Shown here piece by piece: positions 38,345 to 47,986 of a DNA stretch of 64,000 nt. Source of the DNA: Minisyncoccota bacterium (GTDB taxonomy: Bacteria > Patescibacteriota > Minisyncoccia > Phycocordibacterales > JACRKE01); contig JBAZWG010000002.1 of NCBI GenBank assembly GCA_041660505.1, positions 868-64,867 of the forward strand, read 5' to 3'. Numbering within the stretch: the first letter of the stretch is position 1; every line of letters starts with the position of its first letter. The translations under genes were made by a program, and so were the position numbers. The notes beneath the pieces are model-generated. The model was given only the letters and a program-made list of their open reading frames with translations, had not been told where the DNA came from and did no database searches.

Positions 38345-41300
38345 TTACGGCGTCGTACTCGTCGCATTTGGGTCTATTACGTTAACTATTCTTATCTGTT
38401 CGATGGCATTATTACCTGAATTATCTACTGCGTTATATTTAACCTCATGTGTACCGGCTAATGTTGTGTCTATCTGATCGCCTGTCGTGACTATGCCGAG
38501 ATTATGATCTACGTTGTCTGTAACTGTTGCGCCCATGTCGCTGTAACTCGAGCCCATGTTTATTGTAGATGGGTTGAGGCCGAGCATTGTGATGACCGGA
38601 GCCTCTGTGTCTGCTGGCGGGGTCGAAGTACCAGCAGGCGCCCCGGCTGGGGCAGTTCCTGCCACGCACTCCCCTGCTACGCTGGCGACGAGGCCACTTG
38701 ACACCTTCAAACAATACGGATTGCCTGTCGTGTCGTCATATAATGTGACACCTATCGGGTTTACTGACGAGCCAACCTTCATACTCTTTAACACGTTTAA
38801 GTCTTGTACCACCAATCTGCCGTTCTCGTCCAAGCTCCAGTTGCCCGAGGCAGAAGCCAGACTCTTTATATTGACTATTGCTTGCCCTTGCAGGTCGAGT
38901 ACGCGCGCTGTTGCGAGCTTCATATAACCCGTACTTTGATCTACTACCCAGTCTGAACTCACGGCGCCGTCTGCAATACCCGAAGAAATATTCTGATAAC
39001 CAAGATTGACGAAGACAGTAATACTGCCTGTCTGTGAATAAGAGCCGTCGGGTAGAGTGCCGCTCCAAGGCTCAAGGGCGATACCAACAGTCTGGCCGGA
39101 GGTCGTCGCCTTCATACCGATACCTGCCGCCGATGAAAGCGTGATGTAGTCACCAACCGCAATATCCCCTCCTTCAAGGTTAACTTTAGTCGGCACGCGA
39201 CCAGAGAGAGCCACGGGACGCGAAGTACTCGCCGTAAACTCCGAACTTGCACCACCGAGCAGAACACCGGGGTCAGTAGATATGATTCCTATTACCGGTA
39301 TGATAGTAGAACTTGCCTTTCTCACAACAAGAGTCGAGGTAGAAGTATCCAACGATACTAAGTCACCCGCCGAGATAGTCTCGTCCGTTATTTTGTAACT
39401 CTCTGCCAGGTCCACGGTTTGCGTCGAAGCTCCTCGAGAATAAATCTGTCCTGCCGGTACAGAACTACATGCTACCGTAGCGGAACTCGTTGACACGCAA
39501 AGACCGGAACCAGTCCCTGTTCCGTAAACTTCGAGCTTCGCCCCTGGCGTCGTCGTCCCGATACCGACGTTGCCCCCCTGTGCCTGAAAAGCGATATTCT
39601 GATTATATCCCGTGTTCTGCTGTATTCCTTGAAATTCAAAGACATTTGAGGCATTGGACATTGTAACCTGTAGTTGCTTTTGTGTTGTCCCCTGCTGATT
39701 TCCAAACTCCATAAGTTTAACGCGGTCTGTTGCAGTCTCGCTTACTGGAGAGATAACTCCATTCACGCTTAGCTTGTAGTTAGGTGTGGTTGTCCCGATG
39801 CCTACGTTGCCCGCGTTTGTTATTGACAACTTCTCCGAGCCTTGTACCGCTAACCCCATGGTTGCTCCTGTACCTCTTGCGTCTAAGAACGCTTTACCAG
39901 CATTACTCGTGTATATAGACAGACCAGTAGCGGCAGCAGCGGAGAAGGTGTTGTTGCCAATTACCAATCCATAAGGGCTATCATCATCTCCTGTTATTTT
40001 TAGCAGTTGTGTTGCGGCTGTCCCACCATCAAGAATTTCAAGTTTTGCCGAAGGACTCGTCGTCCCGATGCCGACGTTGCCATTCTGTTGTATTCTCATC
40101 TTCTCAGCATTAGCTGGTGAGAATGAGATATAGTTTCCAGTACCAGCAGAGTAGTTGGTTTGGAAATCAAGTGAATTATCACCAGCGTCATTGAAGGTTA
40201 TTTTGGCATACTGTCCCGCTACTCCTGCGCCCAAGTTATCCAAAACGATTTGCGGATTGCCGCGAGTCCCCTCGTGAATTGAAAGTTTAGCCCACGGAGT
40301 TGTGGTTGCAATTCCGACATTACCATTCGTATCTATCATCACTTGGTCAGTATTTGAATAGGAGTCTGACCCTTTTCCAAAAAACATTGTCCCATTACTA
40401 CTCTGTATGTAGCGATGATGCAAACCAGATACGGCATCGGTATCAGAAAGATAAAACATTGGGGCGATATTGGCGATATTTAACAAATATGCTGGCGTCG
40501 TCGTCCCGATACCGACGTTGCCGTTTCGGAGCACTGTGAACGATGTCGTTGTTGCCGTTAATGTTGAGCTGGCCACCGTGAATATCGGCTGGGTGCCGTC
40601 AACATTGCTGTCGCTTGTGTTGGCGGAGACAGAGAGTTTGGCCCATGGGGTTGTGGTGCCGATACCGACTAGCCCGCCGGAGGTGATACGCATGGCTTCG
40701 GTCATTGCGGTGCTATTGTTGGTACTGAAAGCTAAGTAGCCAAGTTGATTGTTTGTTGTAGAGTTTTCTTTAAACCCAACGATGCTGGCGAAATTTCTGA
40801 TCGATGAGGGGATTAATGGTACATCGTCTTTATAACCACCGAAGGCGATAGAGCCACCGGTATCTACAGCTTGGGAATTATTCGATCGTATCAATAATTG
40901 TCCCGTAGCGGTACGCGTCGGGACGGTGCTCGAGCCATAGATATCAAGCAGAGCTAGCGGCGTCGTCGTGCCGATGCCGACATAGCCACTGCGGAGGATT
41001 GTAAATAATGAATTGGTGGCGCTGGCGGTAGAGCTCGCAACGACAAAGAGCGGGGTGGCCATGTTGGCAGAGGAGTCGGTCGTATTGCCTTGTATCGAGA
41101 GTTTAGCAAATGGTGAGGTAGTGCCGATGCCGACAAAACCATTAGTGGTGAATTGGCCTGTGCTTGTGGTGGTGGCGTTGCCGTTCACGGTCAAAACAGA
41201 TGTTGATGTTGTGCCTGTTGTAGTGAGGTTGGCGTTGGTGCCAGAGGAACCAATGAGAACGCCACCGGCAAAGTTGGCGGCGACGCCGTTCGGGTTGGTA

Positions 41301-44300
41301 ATTGGATAGCTGACAATAACAATACCGGAACCGCCACCGCCACCCGCGCCTCCTTCTGTAGCACCGCCACCTCCACCGCCCGAGTTAGTGGTTCCGGCAG
41401 TACCAGCACCAGAAGTACCTCCTGCGCCACCGCCACCAAGCCCTCCAGAACCTCCGCTTTGAAGATCGCTGGAGCCACCACCACCGCCACCATAGTAGAC
41501 GGTGGTTACACCATCGCTAATAGCGGTAGTTGTGCCTATTCCGCCGACGCCGGCGGCTGCATCTGACCCATTACTACCAGTAGCACCCGCTCCGCCACCA
41601 CCACCGCCACCATTATTCTGTGCCGCTCCGCCACCATTATAGCCTTGCCCCGAAGTACCGTTACCGCCTGATTGACTGCCGGCACTGGCAGCACCGCCAC
41701 CAGAACCACCATCGCTACCAGCCCAAGTGAACGCTTGAGAACCTCCCTTACCTCCTCCTGTGGCCACTACAGTACCAAACTGCGAATCGCCTCCGTTAGT
41801 ATTAGTGCTACCGGTAGCACCCGCTCCGCCAGCACCGACTACTACTGTTATGCTTTGAGAAGGCGTCACCGCGTATGAATATCCGTTACTAGGTCCGCCG
41901 CCAACAACTCCTCCTCCACCTCCTCCACCGCCATCAACCCACGAAGTAACGCCGTTCTTGCCTCCACCGCCACCACCTGCCACCACGAGCACCTTAACGC
42001 TGGTTACACCACTACTTGGAACGGTAAAAGTGACAGACCCGGTATTGGTAAATGTATGAACCCTGTAGGTCTGTCCACCTGACGTATAGGTAGTGACGGT
42101 TCCTTGATTGTCTGTAGCCGATGGCGTTGAGCCTACTGCATTAACATCGAGTGAATATGCCGGCGTCACAACGCCGATGCCGACGAGGCCTGCGGACGTG
42201 ATAGTTGTTGTTGCAGTTCCTCCAAACCACGACTGATCGTTGACGGAAAGTTGAGTTGTCGAAGCATTAGTAAACGTGGCTTGGCCGGTGACTGCGAGCG
42301 TGCCGGATAATGTCGTTGCGCCGGTGACGGAGAATGTGCCACCAACGGATGTGTCGCCGGAGACAACGAGAGCTGATGTGCTTGCTGTGCCCGTCACCGC
42401 CAGATTCGTCGTCGTGGCGTTGGTGCCTGTGGCATTCACGAAGGTGAAGTTTTGGAGGGTGGTGCTACCTGTGAGCAAGATGTTGGTGGCGGTGAGGAGA
42501 CCGTTATTAAGAAGCGTAAGCCTCTCGTTGTTCGCGAAGTCGGCGAAGGCGAAGAGTCTGCCGGTGTCATTGGTGCCGAAGCCGTTGACGGCGAACTTGG
42601 CGGATGGCGAGGTTGTGCCCACGCCGACACGGTCGGAATATGAACTGCCGGTGCCGTCGGCAAGAGCGTAGACCGTGAGGGTGGAGGTAGCACCAATGCC
42701 AGCCGAGAAGCCGAGCTCGGTACCGGAGGCGAGCGTTGTCGAGGCGAGAGGCATATTGATCCAATCAATGAGACCGGCGTCGGCCTCGAAGGATTGCGAG
42801 CCGGTGATGAGCTGGGCAATGGTGGTTGAGCCGGTGTTGTCTATAGAGAAGAGCGTGGTGGAGGCACTGTCTGTGACTTCGAAAGCTCGGCCTGATGACG
42901 TGGCTGTGCCCCAGATGGTAACCTTGGCATATGGCGAAGTGGTGCCGATGCCGACGTTGCCTGTCGATGAAATGTAGATGGAAGAGGTGGCCTGTGCTAC
43001 TCCCGCATCGTTACCGACGAGCAAGAAGCCTTTCGTAAGATTGAGAGTGGTGAGAAGTGAGGATGTGGCAGTTGAATACAATCCGCCGGTAGAAGTAAGT
43101 GATGCAAAACCGGATGTGTAAGAAGAGAATGTCGCGTTGCCGGAGACTATGAGCGCGGATGTGCTTGCGATGCCCGTCACCGCCAGATTTGTCGTTGTCG
43201 CATTCGTGCCCGTGGCGTTTGCGAAAGTAAAGTTCTGGAGAGTAGTTGACCCCAGTGTAAAGATATCGCCGAGATAATTCACAGAGAATTTGGTGGAGGA
43301 TGCGACTTTCATATCTAGCAACATACCGGAGAAACCGGCTAGGGCATCGGTGCCGATAACTGTGCCCGTGGTGGAGAGTTTTTCGACAGAAAGTAGGGCG
43401 TATGGTGATGAGGTACCAATGCCCAACAAGCCTTCGGCGGTCACTGCGCCGAGAACCGTACCAGAACCATTTTGCCATTCTTGCAGATCTGCTGTTTGGC
43501 TTGTGATGCCTTGTACGATCAAACCTTTTTCACCGACCTCAGCAGTGCTGACGTGAAGTTTAGCGAGCGGTGTGGCATGCGAGGTGGCGGTATTGCCGAG
43601 AACAAGGGAGCCTATGAAGATCCAATCTGATTGGCTGGCGCTTATATTGAGTTTGTAATATCTATAGTTCTGTGCTGTACCTAGGGCATATGTTCTGATT
43701 TCACCAGAGCTCCAAGCGGGAACATTTGTTTGTGTATTCAAAACAGTCCATGCCGAATTGTCGTTTGAACCCTCGAATGTCCAAGTTTTTGGCCCATAGG
43801 TGTAATAAGTGGTATACGAGTCTGCCTGGATTTTATATTGATTTACAGTTGTATAGGTTCCCAAATCAATTTTCAACCAACCTGAAGTACCATTAACACA
43901 CCACGCCGTCGAAGAATCTGAATCAAAAGATTGCCACGCAGAACAGTTGACCTCTGTAGACGCACTTGCCACATACGGCGAAGGGGCGCTGTCGCTCGTC
44001 AAGAATGTCGGGATCTGAACATTTGCCGGCGTAGAACCAATAGCTAAGCGAGAGTTTATCGAGTCAAAATACATGATGCTGTTATTCTGACTGACTGCTC
44101 CATTAGCACCAATATACGGGACAGAGCCAGAAGTAAGCGCGGTAAGCGAGAGCGTACCGCCAACCGTTGAATTGTCGCTGACGATGAGCGCAGAAGTTGA
44201 TGCTGTACCCGTGACTGCAAGGTTGGTGGTTGTCGCATTGGTACCCGTAGCATTGGCGAAAGTGAAGTTCTGCAATGTAGTTGATCCCAACGTAAAGATG

Positions 44301-47300
44301 TCGCCAAGATAATTTACGGAGAACTTGGTGGATGAGGCGACTTTGAGATCAAGTAACGTACCGGTAAATGTTGATAATGAATCAGCGCCAATGACGGTGC
44401 CTGAAGAAGATAGATGTTCGATAGAGAGACGAGCATATGGGGTTGAAGTGCCCATTCCGATCAGGCCGTTATAGAATGATGTGAAGATAGGGGCGGAACT
44501 TGTGGCGTTTTGTAATGAAAATATGGAGATACTTTGTGAACGAGAGGTCGTAGCGTTGAGCGAGAAGAAGCCGTTCACATTCAGACTGTTCCAAAGTCTG
44601 GTATTCCCCGCCACTTCGACATTGCCGGATGAGAAAATGTCGCCGGAGTAAATTGATGATGCGCCGGAGTCGGCCTCGGCAAGAGTACTGCTTGAGTAAG
44701 CGAAGCCGATCATGTCAAGAGTACCAGCCAGCATTGTGCGCGCCAATGATGAATATTCAACAGATGAAAGTGCGGTCGTACCGCCATCATTTGTTCCGGC
44801 GATGGCATAAACATAACCATTTACAACAAGAGATGTGTGATATTCCCTAGCACCGCTAAATGGCGTAGCGGTGAGCGTCGTCCACGCGCCGAGAGTGCCA
44901 TTTGCATATATCTTGGCATATTCGATGGAGGAAAGGTTGCCGCCGCCGATACCGCCCATCGCGTACAAATATCCGTTTGCCACCACGGCGGATAACGCTC
45001 CTCTGGCTGTATTAAGAGGAGTTGCGGTGAGCGTCGTCCACGCGGCCAGCGTGCCGTCGCTGTTTATCTTCGCTGACTCTACCGACGATATGGACGTTCC
45101 ACTTGTTATTCCACCAATTGTATAAATATATCCTCCAACAACAACTGACGCGTGAATATTTCTGGCTGCGTTAAGCGGTGTCGCCGTTAGGGTCGTCCAT
45201 GTACCAAGCGTACCGTCACTATTTATCTTCGCATATTCGACGGTAGCGGTATCGCTTATGCCGGTACGACCGCCCATAACATATACATAACCGTTAGAAA
45301 CTACGGAGGCGTGCGCGTATCTGGTGATATTTAATGATGCCGTCGTTTTCCACGCACCGAGCGTGCCGTCGCTGTTTATTTTTGCGTATTCGACAGTATT
45401 AACCTGTACTCCACCTGTACCATTACCACCGATGGCGTAGACATATCCGTTGGCGGCGATAGAACTGTGCTGATATCTTGTGATGGTAAGCGATGACGTT
45501 GTTGTCCACGCACCAAGTGTGCCATTACTGTTTATCTTGGCATATTCGACAGATGAAAGCCTGGTACCGTTGTATCCACCGATGGCGTAGACATATCCGT
45601 TGGCGGCGACTGATGTCTGTTGGTAACGAGTCGTGCCTAGAGATGATGACGTTGTCCACGCGCCAAGTGTGCCATCATTGCCGGAGTTGAGCGCAATTGT
45701 TTTCTGCGCAACCGATACCGGATACACAGGGGATGAAGTCCCGATGCCGACGTTGCCGCTATTCTGCTGGACAACGAATTGCGATGTGCCAACTGTTAAG
45801 CCGCCCGTTGAGAATGTGGAAGTGGCGGTGGTGGAAGTAATTGCGAGCACGCTCGTTGTACCGATTGATGCGGTAAAATTCTGGAGCGTGGTACTGCCCA
45901 GCGTAAAGATATCACCGAGATAATTCACCGAGAACTTGGTGGAGGATGCGACTTTGAGATCGAGCAATAGGCCGGAGAAGCCGGTGAGCGCATCTCCCGC
46001 GATAAGCGTGCCGGCAGAAATCCCGTCGACGGAGAGCTTGGCGTAGGGCGTTGAGGTACCGATACCGACGTTACCGGCAGTACCTTCTATCACCATGCTG
46101 GTTTGCGGTGTTGCAAACATGTCTCTCGGAGTAGTTAGGAACCGAATTGCTGTTGGTACGGTGTCACCATTGTCTTCGGCTTGTTTCGCGGCGACAATAT
46201 CCAAGACTCGCGCATAACGACCCGCAGACGGATAATCTATTACATAGTTATATGAAAATGTGGCTCTGTCGTCCGCCAAATAACTCGGCAAACTCGTTCC
46301 TCCATATCCTCTGAATATTTTTATATCTTTACCATAAACGTCTAAACCTGCAGTGGGACTTTCGGTCCCTATTCCTACGTTGCCGCCGCGTGTTACAACA
46401 AAGTTAGTTGTTGTAGCAATATCGGTTGAGGATGATATCAAGAAGAGCGGTGCGATTAGGTCTAGATCGGAAGTGTTGCCACTCACAGAAAGTTTCGCGT
46501 AAGGCGAAGTGGTACCGATGCCGACGAGGCCAGTATCGGTGATGGTCATCCGCTCGGCACTGGCGGTTACGAATCGAAGGAAGTCGTCATCACCGGCGGT
46601 GATGTAGGTGGTCTGGGCGGCGTTGATGACACCGCCTAGGCCTTGCCAGACACTGTTGTCGCCGAAGCCTTCGAACTGGTGCGTCGTTGTGTTGTAACGG
46701 ATCTGGCCGGCAAGCGCCATGCCCGGTCTCTGGGCTGTTGTGCCAATTGGGAGATGGACTGCGTCGGTGGCGTAGATGTCGAGACTCGTGGCCGGTGTTG
46801 AAGTGCCAATGCCGATGCGACCGCTTGATGACTGGACGATGAATTGGCCGGAACCGATATTAAGGCCGCCTGTCGCGAACGTCGATGTAGCTGTTGTCGA
46901 TGTCGCAGTGAATGACGAGGCGACCACTTCGCCCATAACAGAGAGCGGTGCATATGGCGAGCTGGTGCCGATGCCAACATTGGAATTGCGGTAGATGTTG
47001 GAGCCGTTCACCGTCCAATTGGAGAATACTGCCGCAACACCATTCTGGAGTAATGAACCAGTGATGTTGATATCGCCCGCCACATCGAGCGCATGTTCGG
47101 GAGAAGTAGTGCCAATGCCGACAAGGCCGGTGAAGATGGCGCCAGTGCCGGTGGTGGTGCCCGTAAGTGTCCCGCCACCAAGCGGCAGATACCCGGAGAT
47201 TGTGCCCCCGCCGGTGAAGGTGCCGGAGATGGTGGCATTGGTGATGGTAACGCCGTTCAATGAATCGATGCGATTAGAGAGACTGATGGCGCGATAGTTG

Positions 47301-47833
47301 CCGGCATCGACAGCGGCGCCATGCGAAGCGTTGGCGTAGATGAGGGCTGTGAGTTTGTTGTCGAGCTGGTTCAGCTTGGTAGCCAAGTCACTTGATGTAA
47401 CACCGGAACTTGTTTGTTGGTAAATGATTGTTGGTTTGGTTGTTGTAACGGTTCTCGCGGGCGCACTGCCGATGACAGAAATCTTGCCCGCCAAACTATT
47501 GACTTGATCACGTAATGCTTGTATATCGCTGTTTACAGTTGTAGTTGACAGAGTATCAGATATCGTGGCAATGTCGGTGACTTTTTGACTGATAACAGGG
47601 GTGGTAACTGTGACTGTCGGAGAGGGCTTTTGGACCTGCGGAGAGAAGAAGGAGATGAGCGACGTTTGAACGCTATTGAATATGTCCCCTATCGTACTGC
47701 TGATGCTTGCCATATATTGGCTAGGTAGAGCCGTATATTCATTGACGAGGGAGGCGTGAGCTAGCGAAAAATTTGCAATAAAAAAGACGGTTAAAACCGC
47801 AAAGTAAACTACAAATTTTCGCACCGAATGCAT
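38345..47833 (-). CDS. Giant (3162 aa) modular surface/adhesin-like protein
   Basis: Signal peptide; about 20 GxVGIGT(T/S)xP linkers; Kelch-like repeats (~44750-45690); F5/8-type-C-like domain (~43590-44010); Gly-rich domain (~41310-42120); DLAESY...ALSGRVP chaperone/autocleavage-like domain (~39000-39420); C-terminal DUF5011-like Ig domain. Confidence 0.85.
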   Translation of the reverse strand: MHSVRKFVVYFAVLTVFFIANFSLAHASLVNEYTALPSQYMASISSTIGDIFNSVQTSLISFFSPQVQKPSPTVTVTTPVISQKVTDIATISDTLSTTTVNSDIQALRDQVNSLAGKISVIGSAPARTVTTTKPTIIYQQTSSGVTSSDLATKLNQLDNKLTALIYANASHGAAVDAGNYRAISLSNRIDSLNGVTITNATISGTFTGGGTISGYLPLGGGTLTGTTTGTGAIFTGLVGIGTTSPEHALDVAGDINITGSLLQNGVAAVFSNWTVNGSNIYRNSNVGIGTSSPYAPLSVMGEVVASSFTATSTTATSTFATGGLNIGSGQFIVQSSSGRIGIGTSTPATSLDIYATDAVHLPIGTTAQRPGMALAGQIRYNTTTHQFEGFGDNSVWQGLGGVINAAQTTYITAGDDDFLRFVTASAERMTITDTGLVGIGTTSPYAKLSVSGNTSDLDLIAPLFLISSSTDIATTTNFVVTRGGNVGIGTESPTAGLDVYGKDIKIFRGYGGTSLPSYLADDRATFSYNYVIDYPSAGRYARVLDIVAAKQAEDNGDTVPTAIRFLTTPRDMFATPQTSMVIEGTAGNVGIGTSTPYAKLSVDGISAGTLIAGDALTGFSGLLLDLKVASSTKFSVNYLGDIFTLGSTTLQNFTASIGTTSVLAITSTTATSTFSTGGLTVGTSQFVVQQNSGNVGIGTSSPVYPVSVAQKTIALNSGNDGTLGAWTTSSSLGTTRYQQTSVAANGYVYAIGGYNGTRLSSVEYAKINSNGTLGAWTTTSSLTITRYQHSSIAANGYVYAIGGNGTGGVQVNTVEYAKINSDGTLGAWKTTASLNITRYAHASVVSNGYVYVMGGRTGISDTATVEYAKINSDGTLGTWTTLTATPLNAARNIHASVVVGGYIYTIGGITSGTSISSVESAKINSDGTLAAWTTLTATPLNTARGALSAVVANGYLYAMGGIGGGNLSSIEYAKIYANGTLGAWTTLTATPFSGAREYHTSLVVNGYVYAIAGTNDGGTTALSSVEYSSLARTMLAGTLDMIGFAYSSSTLAEADSGASSIYSGDIFSSGNVEVAGNTRLWNSLNVNGFFSLNATTSRSQSISIFSLQNATSSAPIFTSFYNGLIGMGTSTPYARLSIEHLSSSGTVIGADSLSTFTGTLLDLKVASSTKFSVNYLGDIFTLGSTTLQNFTFANATGTNATTTNLAVTGTASTSALIVSDNSTVGGTLSLTALTSGSVPYIGANGAVSQNNSIMYFDSINSRLAIGSTPANVQIPTFLTSDSAPSPYVASASTEVNCSAWQSFDSDSSTAWCVNGTSGWLKIDLGTYTTVNQYKIQADSYTTYYTYGPKTWTFEGSNDNSAWTVLNTQTNVPAWSSGEIRTYALGTAQNYRYYKLNISASQSDWIFIGSLVLGNTATSHATPLAKLHVSTAEVGEKGLIVQGITSQTADLQEWQNGSGTVLGAVTAEGLLGIGTSSPYALLSVEKLSTTGTVIGTDALAGFSGMLLDMKVASSTKFSVNYLGDIFTLGSTTLQNFTFANATGTNATTTNLAVTGIASTSALIVSGNATFSSYTSGFASLTSTGGLYSTATSSLLTTLNLTKGFLLVGNDAGVAQATSSIYISSTGNVGIGTTSPYAKVTIWGTATSSGRAFEVTDSASTTLFSIDNTGSTTIAQLITGSQSFEADAGLIDWINMPLASTTLASGTELGFSAGIGATSTLTVYALADGTGSSYSDRVGVGTTSPSAKFAVNGFGTNDTGRLFAFADFANNERLTLLNNGLLTATNILLTGSTTLQNFTFVNATGTNATTTNLAVTGTASTSALVVSGDTSVGGTFSVTGATTLSGTLAVTGQATFTNASTTQLSVNDQSWFGGTATTTITSAGLVGIGVVTPAYSLDVNAVGSTPSATDNQGTVTTYTSGGQTYRVHTFTNTGSVTFTVPSSGVTSVKVLVVAGGGGGGKNGVTSWVDGGGGGGGGVVGGGPSNGYSYAVTPSQSITVVVGAGGAGATGSTNTNGGDSQFGTVVATGGGKGGSQAFTWAGSDGGSGGGAASAGSQSGGNGTSGQGYNGGGAAQNNGGGGGGGAGATGSNGSDAAAGVGGIGTTTAISDGVTTVYYGGGGGGSSDLQSGGSGGLGGGGAGGTSGAGTAGTTNSGGGGGGATEGGAGGGGGSGIVIVSYPITNPNGVAANFAGGVLIGSSGTNANLTTTGTTSTSVLTVNGNATTTSTGQFTTNGFVGIGTTSPFAKLSIQGNTTDSSANMATPLFVVASSTASATNSLFTILRSGYVGIGTTTPLALLDIYGSSTVPTRTATGQLLIRSNNSQAVDTGGSIAFGGYKDDVPLIPSSIRNFASIVGFKENSTTNNQLGYLAFSTNNSTAMTEAMRITSGGLVGIGTTTPWAKLSVSANTSDSNVDGTQPIFTVASSTLTATTTSFTVLRNGNVGIGTTTPAYLLNIANIAPMFYLSDTDAVSGLHHRYIQSSNGTMFFGKGSDSYSNTDQVMIDTNGNVGIATTTPWAKLSIHEGTRGNPQIVLDNLGAGVAGQYAKITFNDAGDNSLDFQTNYSAGTGNYISFSPANAEKMRIQQNGNVGIGTTSPSAKLEILDGGTAATQLLKITGDDDSPYGLVIGNNTFSAAAATGLSIYTSNAGKAFLDARGTGATMGLAVQGSEKLSITNAGNVGIGTTTPNYKLSVNGVISPVSETATDRVKLMEFGNQQGTTQKQLQVTMSNASNVFEFQGIQQNTGYNQNIAFQAQGGNVGIGTTTPGAKLEVYGTGTGSGLCVSTSSATVACSSVPAGQIYSRGASTQTVDLAESYKITDETISAGDLVSLDTSTSTLVVRKASSTIIPVIGIISTDPGVLLGGASSEFTASTSRPVALSGRVPTKVNLEGGDIAVGDYITLSSAAGIGMKATTSGQTVGIALEPWSGTLPDGSYSQTGSITVFVNLGYQNISSGIADGAVSSDWVVDQSTGYMKLATARVLDLQGQAIVNIKSLASASGNWSLDENGRLVVQDLNVLKSMKVGSSVNPIGVTLYDDTTGNPYCLKVSSGLVASVAGECVAGTAPAGAPAGTSTPPADTEAPVITMLGLNPSTINMGSSYSDMGATVTDNVDHNLGIVTTGDQIDTTLAGTHEVKYNAVDNSGNNAIEQIRIVNVIDPNATSTTP

Positions 47834-47886
47834 ACATTAATTATACTAAAATATGACCACGTTTAGTACGCATTTCCGAGACATGT

Positions 47887-47928
47887 TGTGGATAATTAAT
47901 CCTTATTCTGTAAGGGTATTTATCCACA
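47887..47928. promoter_or_regulatory. Inverted pair of perfect DnaA boxes
   Basis: TGTGGATAA (47887-95) and TTATCCACA (47920-28) in the divergent intergenic region before priA. Confidence 0.75.
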
Positions 47929-47986
47929 GGTTGACATTTTTATTCGGTTGGTACTTTTCTGGCCGAAAATAGGGTACAATCACCTC

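Noticed and set aside
44750-45690. CRISPR-like regularly spaced repeats
   Set aside because: The ~150-nt period corresponds to degenerate Kelch-like coding repeats within the giant ORF; no identical repeats with unique spacers and no cas genes
36095-47833. Prophage tail module or diversity-generating retroelement target
   Set aside because: Both genes have signal peptides; no phage structural genes, integrase, reverse transcriptase or adenine-specific TR/VR pair was seen
47834-47986. oriC or dif site
   Set aside because: Only two DnaA boxes, no dnaA/dnaN nearby, and strand bias reverts within 4 kb; the dif-like TTATACTAAA has the wrong spacing and is explained as the giant gene's -10 box
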